This document shows positions 7,508 to 15,220 of a DNA stretch of 22,984 nucleotides, one piece after another (positions within the stretch are counted from its first letter, which is position 1; every line of letters begins with the position of its first letter). This DNA comes from Candidatus Nanohaloarchaea archaeon (GTDB lineage Archaea > Nanohalarchaeota > Nanosalinia > Nanosalinales > Nanosalinaceae), in the NCBI GenBank assembly GCA_041640075.1, contig JBEQAY010000016.1, positions 1 through 22,984 on the forward strand, read 5' to 3'. Below the pieces are notes generated by a model. The model was not told where the DNA came from, made no database searches, and saw nothing but the letters and a program-made list of their open reading frames with translations. The position numbers and the translations under genes were made by a program.

Positions 7508-9931
7508 CTAGCCAAAGCGGCCGAGACCGCTCTGCTTACCTTTACCTTTCAACTGGCCTTCAGTGTATCCGAAAACTTTCAGAACTCTTATAGCAGCCGG
7601 CAAAACCTGGTTATCGATGTAGTAATCCGCATCATAGCTTTCAGCGAACTCTGTAAGCTCTGCCCTGCTGGAGATCCCGCCTGCACCTCTGGTAATGACG
7701 TAATCAATCGTTGTCTCAGGTTCAATCGTTTTACCTCTCTCACGAGCCTTAATAGCTGCTTCAACATGAGGTGCCGTTGTATCATACTCTTCAGGTGGTT
7801 TAGTCAATGTAGTGAATATCCTGAGTTTTTCTACAGGAACCTCTTGACCTTTCAGATTCTGGATGGTGTCCTTAACGATCTCAGCAGCTTCATCAATCTC
7901 GTTCTGCAGTACCTTCCTGAGCACTTTCTTCTGCGTCTCCTTAGCTATTGGACTCCAGTCTCTTCTGACCTGCTCAAACCCTGTTATCTTCATCTCACCG
8001 TCTTCATCCATCAAGGCATACTTCTTTTTCGCTCCCTCTCCAGATTCCTTGGATGTAAAGAACCCTGTCTCAAAGTAGCCCTCGAACTCCAGCTCCATGA
8101 ACTCAGGGAGATCGGAGTTCACCTTCTCAATAAATTCAGTTTTCCTTTGCCTGATATTATCACCTGAAAGGAATACAGAATCCGTATCACCATATACGAT
8201 CTCTAGACCCATTTCTTCAGCAGTTTTAATAGTATCTTCAATATATTTTCTGCCCATGTACGTTGTTGCCTGCGCTGACTCCTTCGAGTACCAGCGTGCA
8301 CCGTTATAGCCAAGATAACCGTAAAATGAGTTCGCAAGTATTTTCTGCGCCTGCTGGCGGCTGTAAATTCTTTCGTACTCTATAGATTCTTCGTCGTATT
8401 CCTTCATCTCGTCCTTAAGTTCGTATCTGGACTCCACAAGCCCTTCGATCAGTTCCGGGAAGAATCCCTGGTGGTCCTGGCAGAAGTAGAAGTCGAACTC
8501 CTCTGGTTCAAATTTTTCGCTGCAGTCTTCCAGGTTAAGCATCTCTGGTGATATGTTGTGTGCTACCATCACTGTCGGGTAAAGTGAGCGGAAGTCGAAA
8601 ACCACGATATCTTCGTGTAGGCCTGAATCCGGTGTGTAGACGAATCCTCCCTCATATGCTCCCTGGCTTTGACGTCTGCGTCTTTCGTTTCTGGTTGGCC
8701 GGTTAGGCGAGATCATGTTCTTCTTCCGGGCTTCCTTCAGCAGGAAGTTCTCCGTAAGCTGGCCGTAAGTCAATCGGCAAGCATCAAAAGGTGTAAGCCC
8801 TGTGATTCTGGAAAGCTCTATTATCTGTGGTACCAGTTCCCTGGAAAGTTTGTAGGCGAGCTCGGAATCCTTCAGCGCGTACCGGGCGAACTCCTCCAGG
8901 TTTTCTTTTTTATCCCACCACTCCTTCATCTCTGGGAAAGATACGTCGTCTTTGTTTTCACCAAGCATCTCCTCGGCGACCGAGTCCAGATCAAGTCTTT
9001 CTGACTCCAGGCCGGGCGAGACCACGTGCTCGATGAACGGATACAGGTCCAGATGCATCCGGCCCTTCAGACGCGCTCCCGCAAACCTACCACGCCGGTT
9101 GAACTTCATTCTTTCTCCGTCACGGCCAAGCGAAAGCTCCAGATTATGTTTCTCAACACGCTCCCTCAGGACCTGGAAATCAAACTCATCAGTATTATAA
9201 CCTGATAGAATATCCAGATCCTCATCCTGTACGACCTCTATTATACTTTCCAGCAGCTCTTTCTCATCTTCAACAGTTTCAACAAAGTCCTCCTCGATCT
9301 CAACCGTCGAGATAACTTTCTCCATATCCTCCCCGAAAAACGACACCATGACTATCTCATCATCTATAACCTCAAGATCAAATGCCACAGAAGTGAAATC
9401 TACATCTTCAGCCTCAATACCAGTATTAACATCCTCTAACTCTATGCTGATATCAAAATCCTCAGATTCTTCTTCTCGTCCTTCCAGCTCTATGGTTTCT
9501 GTAGGTAGTATCTGATTGTCGATCAGGTATCGCTTGTAGAAAGGTATGTCAAACTCTCTGCAGCTTGAAACCTCTTCAAGCTCGTAAACTTGATGTTCAA
9601 GCTTTGGTACTGTTGCCGGGATCTCTGTGTAAACCTTGAGAGCTTTTACCTGCTTCATACCGTCTTTTTTCTCAACTATTTCGATCTGCGACGGTTCAAC
9701 AGGTTCCCCGTTATCGTCGTGGAACTCTTCAGTTTCTATAATTTCCTTCAGGTCCTCAACAGTTTCTCGTTCCTCCGGTATAGCGTAGAAATAAGGTTTG
9801 AAGTTTTTCTCCAATGCAAGCACATTTTCTCCTTCAGGAGTTTTTCCGAAGAGCCTCAGTTCTACTTCTTCCCCTTCATCTGTCTCGTAGGTTCTGTAGT
9901 CTATATCTATTATGCTTGCCTGGAGTTTCAC
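7508..9931 (-). CDS. polB: Family B DNA polymerase (PolB3-like), no intein
   Basis: Exo motifs FDLE, YNTDEFD, YALKD; pol motifs DFRSLYP, KILANSFYGY, YGDTDS; C-terminal PIP-like QSGLGRF. Start is GTG 9931 (TATA-like ~25 nt upstream) or TTG 9946. Confidence 0.95.
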   Translation of the reverse strand: MKLQASIIDIDYRTYETDEGEEVELRLFGKTPEGENVLALEKNFKPYFYAIPEERETVEDLKEIIETEEFHDDNGEPVEPSQIEIVEKKDGMKQVKALKVYTEIPATVPKLEHQVYELEEVSSCREFDIPFYKRYLIDNQILPTETIELEGREEESEDFDISIELEDVNTGIEAEDVDFTSVAFDLEVIDDEIVMVSFFGEDMEKVISTVEIEEDFVETVEDEKELLESIIEVVQDEDLDILSGYNTDEFDFQVLRERVEKHNLELSLGRDGERMKFNRRGRFAGARLKGRMHLDLYPFIEHVVSPGLESERLDLDSVAEEMLGENKDDVSFPEMKEWWDKKENLEEFARYALKDSELAYKLSRELVPQIIELSRITGLTPFDACRLTYGQLTENFLLKEARKKNMISPNRPTRNERRRRQSQGAYEGGFVYTPDSGLHEDIVVFDFRSLYPTVMVAHNISPEMLNLEDCSEKFEPEEFDFYFCQDHQGFFPELIEGLVESRYELKDEMKEYDEESIEYERIYSRQQAQKILANSFYGYLGYNGARWYSKESAQATTYMGRKYIEDTIKTAEEMGLEIVYGDTDSVFLSGDNIRQRKTEFIEKVNSDLPEFMELEFEGYFETGFFTSKESGEGAKKKYALMDEDGEMKITGFEQVRRDWSPIAKETQKKVLRKVLQNEIDEAAEIVKDTIQNLKGQEVPVEKLRIFTTLTKPPEEYDTTAPHVEAAIKARERGKTIEPETTIDYVITRGAGGISSRAELTEFAESYDADYYIDNQVLPAAIRVLKVFGYTEGQLKGKGKQSGLGRFG

Positions 9932-10013
9932 AACTTGTTTTTCCAAGCCGAGAATTAAGTAAACGGAGGGACAGGTCCAATTATTAAGTTGAAGGCTCTG
10001 TCATTTAACCAGT

Positions 10014-10670
10014 ATGAGAACACTTCTAGTGACTGATATCCATGGAGACCATGAAAAACTGGAAAAAATAATCGAAAGAGAGGAGTACGATGCCATCCTC
10101 TGTGCAGGCGATCTTGGAGACGCCAAAGAATACCCTGACTATACTGCAAACCTTGAAGACGTGCTGGAAAAGTTCAACCAGAAAGACAAGCTTGTCAAGG
10201 CGGTTCCAGGGAATATGGACCGCGAAGAAGACTGTATCAAGGCGCTGCGGCAGCACAGATTAAATCTTCATCAGAAAATTGCTTCCTTTGAAGGTTTTGA
10301 GGCTGTCGGTTATGGAGGAGGTATAACGCCGTTTGGAACTCCGTTTGAGCCTGCTGAAGAGGAAATCCGGAACGCTTTAGAAATTTTACAGGAAAGAATG
10401 ACATCTGACACAAAGGTAGGAGTAATCCATCAGCCGCCTAAGGATACTGAAGTCGATATCGCTGATGGCGATCACGTGGGAAGCCAGGAGGTCAGAGAGT
10501 TAATTGACGAATCCGATTTCGATCTTATCGTTACAGGTCATATCCATGAATCCAGAGGTCAGGATACGTTAGGTGAAACAGATATAGTGAACCCTGGTCC
10601 GGTGCTGGAAGGGTTCTATGCAGTTGCAGATATTGAAGACAGTATAGAAGTTGAACTCAAGCAACTCTAG
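10014..10670 (+). CDS. Calcineurin-like metallophosphoesterase (Icc-related)
   Basis: DIHG, GD, GNMD, HQPP and GHIHE motifs. Confidence 0.9.
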   Translation: MRTLLVTDIHGDHEKLEKIIEREEYDAILCAGDLGDAKEYPDYTANLEDVLEKFNQKDKLVKAVPGNMDREEDCIKALRQHRLNLHQKIASFEGFEAVGYGGGITPFGTPFEPAEEEIRNALEILQERMTSDTKVGVIHQPPKDTEVDIADGDHVGSQEVRELIDESDFDLIVTGHIHESRGQDTLGETDIVNPGPVLEGFYAVADIEDSIEVELKQL

Positions 10671-10773
10671 AAGTATTGTTCATCATATAAGTTGTATTTG
10701 ACCAGTCACAACCTAGTTCAGTTACAGTTTTGAATCCAGTTTGAACTAGTGACTCAAGTAACTCCCGGAACAT
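10657..10773 (-). CDS. Possible 38-aa sORF MFRELLESLVQTGFKTVTELGCDWSNTTYMMNNTSRVA
   Basis: ATG preceded by AGGTG, filling an otherwise empty intergenic gap. RBS spacing is short (4 nt). Confidence 0.35.
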   Translation of the reverse strand: MFRELLESLVQTGFKTVTELGCDWSNTTYMMNNTSRVA

Positions 10774-10842
10774 TTCCCACCTTTCTTTCACTTTTTTCTC
10801 TTGACTGTATACACGAAAACATGAATAACGTGTGCTGAAGAG

Positions 10843-10858
10843 CAAACGTTTTTATATA
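10843..10858 (+). promoter_or_regulatory. BRE/TATA promoter of the histone gene
   Basis: CAAACGTTTTTATATA, followed by GGAGGTG RBS at 10894-10900. Confidence 0.7.
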
Positions 10859-10909
10859 GGAAAGGAACATTAGTTATGTACAGAACCCTTCAAGGAGGTG
10901 ACAAATTCA

Positions 10910-11107
10910 ATGGCAGAACTACCACTAGCACCAGTCAAGCGGATCATCAAGCAGGCCGGAGCAGCAAGAGTCTCAGAAGACGCAGTCGAAGAACTAAGAG
11001 ACGAACTAGAAGATCATGCTTCCGAGCGTGCACGCGACGCCAAACAGATGGCAGAACACGCAGGCCGCAAGACAGTGCAGGCAGACGACGTAAAGGCTTC
11101 CGCATAA
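10910..11107 (+). CDS. Archaeal histone (single histone fold, HMf-like, 65 aa)
   Basis: MAELPLAPVKRIIKQAGAARVS...HAGRKTVQADDV, with strong RBS and a T-rich tract downstream. Confidence 0.95.
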   Translation: MAELPLAPVKRIIKQAGAARVSEDAVEELRDELEDHASERARDAKQMAEHAGRKTVQADDVKASA

Positions 11108-11167
11108 AGTTGTGGAACCCCACTAAAATACTTCCTTTTTTATTTCTCACTTCTCTTGTCTAATACA

Positions 11168-11923
11168 GTGAAACTGGAAAACTCATTCATTCTGTTCCCA
11201 GGTATCGGGGAAAAAACAGAAAAGAAACTCTGGAAAGATAATATCACCCACTGGGATCATCTTGAGGACTCTTCAAAATACTCTGACAAGATACATGAAC
11301 ACAGGGAGAAAGCCAGGAAAAACCTAGAAGTCGGCAACGAGACCTTCTTCAAGGACAAGATGCCGAACAAAAGCCTCTGGCGAGGCTACGAAAACTTCAG
11401 AGAGAACGTTACATTCTTCGACATCGAAACTACCGGTCTGAAGCCGGAGAGGAACAAGACCACGACAGTAAGTTTCTATCGAAACGGAGAATCTAAGACT
11501 TTGATTAGAGGACAGGACCTGACGAAGGAAAAGCTTGAGCAGGAGTTTTTCGAGTCCTCTATGATGGTGAGCTTCAACGGCAAGAGATTTGACCAGCCTT
11601 TCCTGGAGAAAAGTTTTGACGTCGATATCCAGAACCCTCACATCGACCTGATGTATCTCTGCAAGAGACTTGGCTACTCGGGAGGGCTGAAGAAGATTGA
11701 GAAAGAACTTTCAATCGATCGTGAACTTGAGGATATCGATGGACGTGAAGCGATCCGTCTCTGGAAAAAGTATGAGAACAATGGTGACGAGGAAGCACTC
11801 CGGAAACTTGTGAAGTATAACCAGTACGACGCCGAGAACCTTCAGGACCTTCTTGAAATAGTTAGAGAGAAGCTGATAGACAAGGTCGCTCCTGAGCCCG
11901 AACGGTTCGAACGCAACACTTAA
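11168..11923 (+). CDS. YprB/RNase_H_2-like DEDD exonuclease with N-terminal HhH-like segment
   Basis: PGIGEKTE, FFDIETTG, SFNGKRFD, HIDL, YNQYD motifs. Likely leaderless GTG 11168 (TTTTTA 11137-11142); alternative TTG 11156. Confidence 0.85.
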   Translation: MKLENSFILFPGIGEKTEKKLWKDNITHWDHLEDSSKYSDKIHEHREKARKNLEVGNETFFKDKMPNKSLWRGYENFRENVTFFDIETTGLKPERNKTTTVSFYRNGESKTLIRGQDLTKEKLEQEFFESSMMVSFNGKRFDQPFLEKSFDVDIQNPHIDLMYLCKRLGYSGGLKKIEKELSIDRELEDIDGREAIRLWKKYENNGDEEALRKLVKYNQYDAENLQDLLEIVREKLIDKVAPEPERFERNT

Positions 11924-11943
11924 AAACGTCTCTACCCAAGTTC

Positions 11944-12237
11944 AGCTTGAAAGCAAAACATGGCCTTGCTTAATACGACTTCACCCTCCGGAAACATGTG
12001 GATGGATCTGGTGAGGTGCACCCATACCGAATACAAGGCCAACGACTTCTCCATTATCTACCTGGCAGCTTAAAGCGGGATGAAGTCTTGGCCCAAATTG
12101 GGTCAAGCACCGACCGCGAAAACTCCAAACCAACTGAAAACACAGTTCTTTCATTCTACCTCTATGGAACATGGAATGAAGGAACTTGGGCGGTGCGTCG
12201 CTTGCAAGGTGGCGTACCGTTCTCGGGCTTTTCAACT
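11944..12237 (+). ncRNA. Candidate large structured RNA or long 5' leader of unknown family
   Basis: Six helices visible by eye, several with G-U pairs only on the + strand. TTAAAAA at 11920-11926 is a plausible TATA. The overlapping long ORFs lack the acidic bias of real genes here. Confidence 0.6.
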
Positions 12238-12303
12238 AAACCACGATTACAGACCAGGCGGAAAAACAAGGACCCCCAACCAAACAAGAGGTGTCAACCC
12301 AAA

Positions 12304-12420
12304 ATGGACGCAAACGCGAAGCACTTTGAAACAGAGCTTTTGGCACGTGCAGAAGAAGCAGCCCGTAGAACAGCACAGTTAAGCCCAGAAGCAAACGTTG
12401 TCACAGCAACAGCACTTTAA
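12304..12420 (+). CDS. 38-aa small protein MDANAKHFETELLARAEEAARRTAQLSPEANVVTATAL
   Basis: GAGGTG RBS (12288-12293) at the same 9-10 nt spacing as histone and dnaK; GCA/GAA/ACA codon preference like the histone gene. Confidence 0.65.
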   Translation: MDANAKHFETELLARAEEAARRTAQLSPEANVVTATAL

Positions 12421-12487
12421 ACAAATATGATAGTGAGTGCAGCTTTCCAGAGTAGACCCAGCTATTCAATAATAATACAGGGAAAAC

Positions 12488-12970
12488 TCAATCCTGGCTC
12501 TGGTACGCCGCTGACTCGAAAGCAGCCCAGCCATTAGCCATAGAATCCAGTATTGAAGTAAAGGATTTCGCTGGCTTGATAACTTTCCTGCGGCCCTGAG
12601 AGCCTTCCTTCGCATCACGATACTCAAGATACTCGTACTGAATAATACCAAGACGTCTCAACTTCGGTAAAATATTGTTCTTCAGATTTGATTTACCTTT
12701 CTCGTGACCCCATTCATCGAACGCGTTCAGTTTTGTCGAATCGATCTCTCCTTCATCCTTTAACTTTCTAAGGAAAATCTTGGCGTACTTGTTCCTCTTC
12801 GGAGACTGCTCATGAGGAAAGATCAGGTCAACTATCTTCTCCCAGTTCCAGGCTCTCTCACTTTTCTTGAACTTCTGCTCATCTTCAGGAATCGCGATAC
12901 TGTGCTTAGTTACTATTGTCGAGGTTTTCCTCGCGGTCTCATCGACAAAAGGGTGTTTATCTTCCGACAT
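12488..12970 (-). CDS. Uncharacterised 160-aa basic protein, probable winged-helix DNA-binding domain
   Basis: ILPKLRRLGII helix followed by a GRRK wing-like hairpin. TTTTTATA lies ~25 nt upstream (leaderless). Confidence 0.7.
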   Translation of the reverse strand: MSEDKHPFVDETARKTSTIVTKHSIAIPEDEQKFKKSERAWNWEKIVDLIFPHEQSPKRNKYAKIFLRKLKDEGEIDSTKLNAFDEWGHEKGKSNLKNNILPKLRRLGIIQYEYLEYRDAKEGSQGRRKVIKPAKSFTSILDSMANGWAAFESAAYQSQD

Positions 12971-13005
12971 GGAAACATCTTAACAAAGAAGGTATAAAAA
13001 GAATT

Positions 13006-13167
13006 TCAGGTGAGTACGCTGAAAACTTTGCCCAGCGTACTTGTCAAACCTGCGTAAGCGAATATCCCTACTATCCAGGTCAATGCGAAAGCCATGAAAA
13101 CGAAGTAGTTTCCGGCTCCACTTGACGCGCTGAACTGGAGAAACGGAAGTGAAACAGTGATATCCAT
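13006..13167 (-). CDS. 53-aa small membrane protein, below the ORF-track cutoff
   Basis: MDITVSLPFLQFSASSGAGNYFVFMAFALTWIVGIFAYAGLTSTLGKVFSVLT. TTTATAAG TATA on the - strand at 13191-13198, ~25 nt upstream. Confidence 0.65.
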   Translation of the reverse strand: MDITVSLPFLQFSASSGAGNYFVFMAFALTWIVGIFAYAGLTSTLGKVFSVLT

Positions 13168-13264
13168 GGAGAGAAATCAGGAGATACTAGCTTATAAATT
13201 ATAACTCGCCGAGGTCTGGAGACCTGATTGGAAATATTTGAAAATTGACCTCAACCACCAACAT

Positions 13265-13783
13265 ATGAGCTACGAAGAACTCTCCCGCGAACAACTCATC
13301 GAAGCACTCAGAGAGATGGAGGAAAACTACGAAGAGGAAAGAGAGGAACGGGAAAGGTTCGAAAAACTCGCCAGGAAAACCAAAGCCGACTTCGAGAACT
13401 ACAAGAAGAAACAGGATGAAAGAAAGCAGCGCTGGCAGGATGAAGCCAAGCAAGAACTGGCAGAAGACCTGATCGAAGTCATGGACAACCTTGAAAGAGC
13501 ACTGATGGCAGCAGATGAGGAAACAGCAGTAGTACAAGGCGTGGAGATGGTCAACGATCAGCTCTACGATAAATTGAATCGTAAAGGACTTGAGATAATA
13601 GAAACGGAGGAAAAATTTGATCCAGAAGTACACAAAGCCGTTGATACCCGCAAACATGAAGAACACGAGCCAAAAACAATCCTGGAGGAGAAAAGAAAGG
13701 GTTACAGGTATGGGGAGAAAATTTTAAGGCCAGCAGAAGTGGTTGTGGCTGAAAAACCTAGAGAGGAACAAGATGAATCCTGA
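13265..13783 (+). CDS. grpE: Nucleotide exchange factor GrpE
   Basis: ADFENYKK, DNLERAL, FDPEVHKA, KGY...LRPAEVVV. ATG 13265 preferred. Confidence 0.93.
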   Translation: MSYEELSREQLIEALREMEENYEEEREERERFEKLARKTKADFENYKKKQDERKQRWQDEAKQELAEDLIEVMDNLERALMAADEETAVVQGVEMVNDQLYDKLNRKGLEIIETEEKFDPEVHKAVDTRKHEEHEPKTILEEKRKGYRYGEKILRPAEVVVAEKPREEQDES

Positions 13784-14048
13784 ATACATAAGCAGTAGAC
13801 TGGAAGAGGAAACAGCCGAACTGGACGGGGAAGAACTCAGACATGAGGCTGAAGCGATCCTGGACGAAGAAGATATCGATTACTCGAAAATAGGTGTTTC
13901 AGGCCTCGAAAAACCTGAGCACAAACAGCACAGCTACGAACTTGAAGTCGGAGGAGAAACATACCGTCTGGAAGTGATCCTCGCAGACGGGCGACCAGGC
14001 CACGAAGACGGCTCCATAAAACTTGAAGAGAAAAATGAGCTAGCTTAA
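13773..14048 (+). CDS. Hypothetical acidic protein (91 aa), coupled to grpE
   Basis: ATG 13773 overlaps the grpE 3' end with GAGG upstream; acidic composition. Confidence 0.7.
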   Translation: MNPEYISSRLEEETAELDGEELRHEAEAILDEEDIDYSKIGVSGLEKPEHKQHSYELEVGGETYRLEVILADGRPGHEDGSIKLEEKNELA

Positions 14049-14054
14049 AAATTT

Positions 14055-14555
14055 CTAATCCTTGAAAACTAGGTTAAGCCAGGTCTCTTCACCGAATCGT
14101 GGCTCATCGAAAATTTTTATCCTGTACGGTCTGACAACGTAAAACTCTGAATCAATATACTCCATTTCTTCAGGTTCAGAGACTTGCTCTTTCAGGCCAG
14201 GAAACCTTTCTGTGTAAGTTTTGAAGGCTTGTGAAACTTTCTCTTCATCCTCCAGTTTTTCCGCTTCTCCGAAGACCTGTAGACCTCTTTTATCGTCGCT
14301 CCATTCCTGTCGAGAGTCATAGATGGAGAGCGAGATCGAGGAGTTCTCCTCAATGTTCTTTCCGTGATCCGTGTCCGGCTCGGTCAGAATGTAAAAATTG
14401 AATTCGCCGTCGAATGCGAAAAATGCTGTCGCATTGAAGGCCTTCGAGTTTTCCGAGACTGTGGCCAGCGCCAGAAGTTCGTTTCTGCGGCAGATTTCTT
14501 CCAAACTTGCCTTTGCTTCCTCAAATGAAAAATTTTCTGTTTCCAGCAGCTTCAT
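14055..14555 (-). CDS. Pyridoxamine 5'-phosphate oxidase-like FMN-binding split-barrel protein
   Basis: LALATV, T.H.KNI..N..ISLSI and RGLQVFGEA motifs. Confidence 0.8.
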   Translation of the reverse strand: MKLLETENFSFEEAKASLEEICRRNELLALATVSENSKAFNATAFFAFDGEFNFYILTEPDTDHGKNIEENSSISLSIYDSRQEWSDDKRGLQVFGEAEKLEDEEKVSQAFKTYTERFPGLKEQVSEPEEMEYIDSEFYVVRPYRIKIFDEPRFGEETWLNLVFKD

Positions 14556-14657
14556 TACAATGTAAATTCTAGAGCAAACTCCAAAAAATTTCTCTCCAGT
14601 TCTCTATTTTTCTATTCCTGAATAAGAGAGTGTATAAAATGATAATGTAAGCAATTT

Positions 14658-15086
14658 CTAGTTTGACTCCATATTCAGTATAAGCTCGATATCCTCATCT
14701 GCATCTTCATCAATTTTGGCAGCTTTTCTGGCAGATTGTTCCAAGTCTTTGAGCTCGCCCGTCATTATCTCAAAATCTTTTTCAAGCTCCTGAAGAGCCT
14801 GATGTATTTCCTGGATGTCCCCTAGAGCGTCTTTCAGAAACTGAAGTTCCTCTTTATCTACACTCTTGCCTCTAGCTATATCCCTTAAAACTCTGTCCAA
14901 TCTATTTTGATTCTCTAACTCATGTAGATCCTCATCCATTTGTTTATCAGCTTTCTCCGCAGTTTGAACCATTTCCTCCAACTTTGGTAACGCCTCCTGT
15001 AGATTTTGATCGAATTCAACTAGGTTTCCGACATCCTTCTTCAGGTTTTTAGCTGCTTTCTGCTCGTCCTTACCTCTAATTGCCAT
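14658..15086 (-). CDS. Hypothetical coiled-coil protein
   Basis: All-helical, heptad-like and acidic; GGGAAACTTTTTTTA promoter upstream. Confidence 0.7.
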   Translation of the reverse strand: MAIRGKDEQKAAKNLKKDVGNLVEFDQNLQEALPKLEEMVQTAEKADKQMDEDLHELENQNRLDRVLRDIARGKSVDKEELQFLKDALGDIQEIHQALQELEKDFEIMTGELKDLEQSARKAAKIDEDADEDIELILNMESN

Positions 15087-15220
15087 AATCTACAGTTATC
15101 GAATTTTTCATAAAAAAAGTTTCCCGATCAGTATACTTCACAATCTTAAAACGAGTAGAAACAACTGGTTTAAAAATTTTTATTCACGTAAACAAAAACA
15201 TAACTAGGTGTTATTCTAAA

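Noticed and set aside
11900..11912. GGTTCGAA T-loop-like sequence (also GGTTCGAG on the - strand near 20701-20708) as a tRNA
   Set aside because: No cloverleaf can be built, and the first lies within the exonuclease CDS.
12188..12222. Resemblance of the 16-bp hairpin to group II intron domain V
   Set aside because: It lacks the AGC/CGC triad and the 2-nt bulge, and no domain VI, GUGYG 5' end or RT ORF is present.
11981..12420. ORF-track calls 11998-12420 (+), 12080-12382 (+) and 11981-12235 (-)
   Set aside because: Non-acidic composition and no start signals. Only the last 38 codons of 11998-12420 have an RBS and typical codon use.
13009..13052. Strong hairpin GAGTACGCTG/CAGCGTACTT as a separate ncRNA
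   Set aside because: It lies within the 3' end of the 53-aa membrane ORF, so no independent RNA needs to be invoked.
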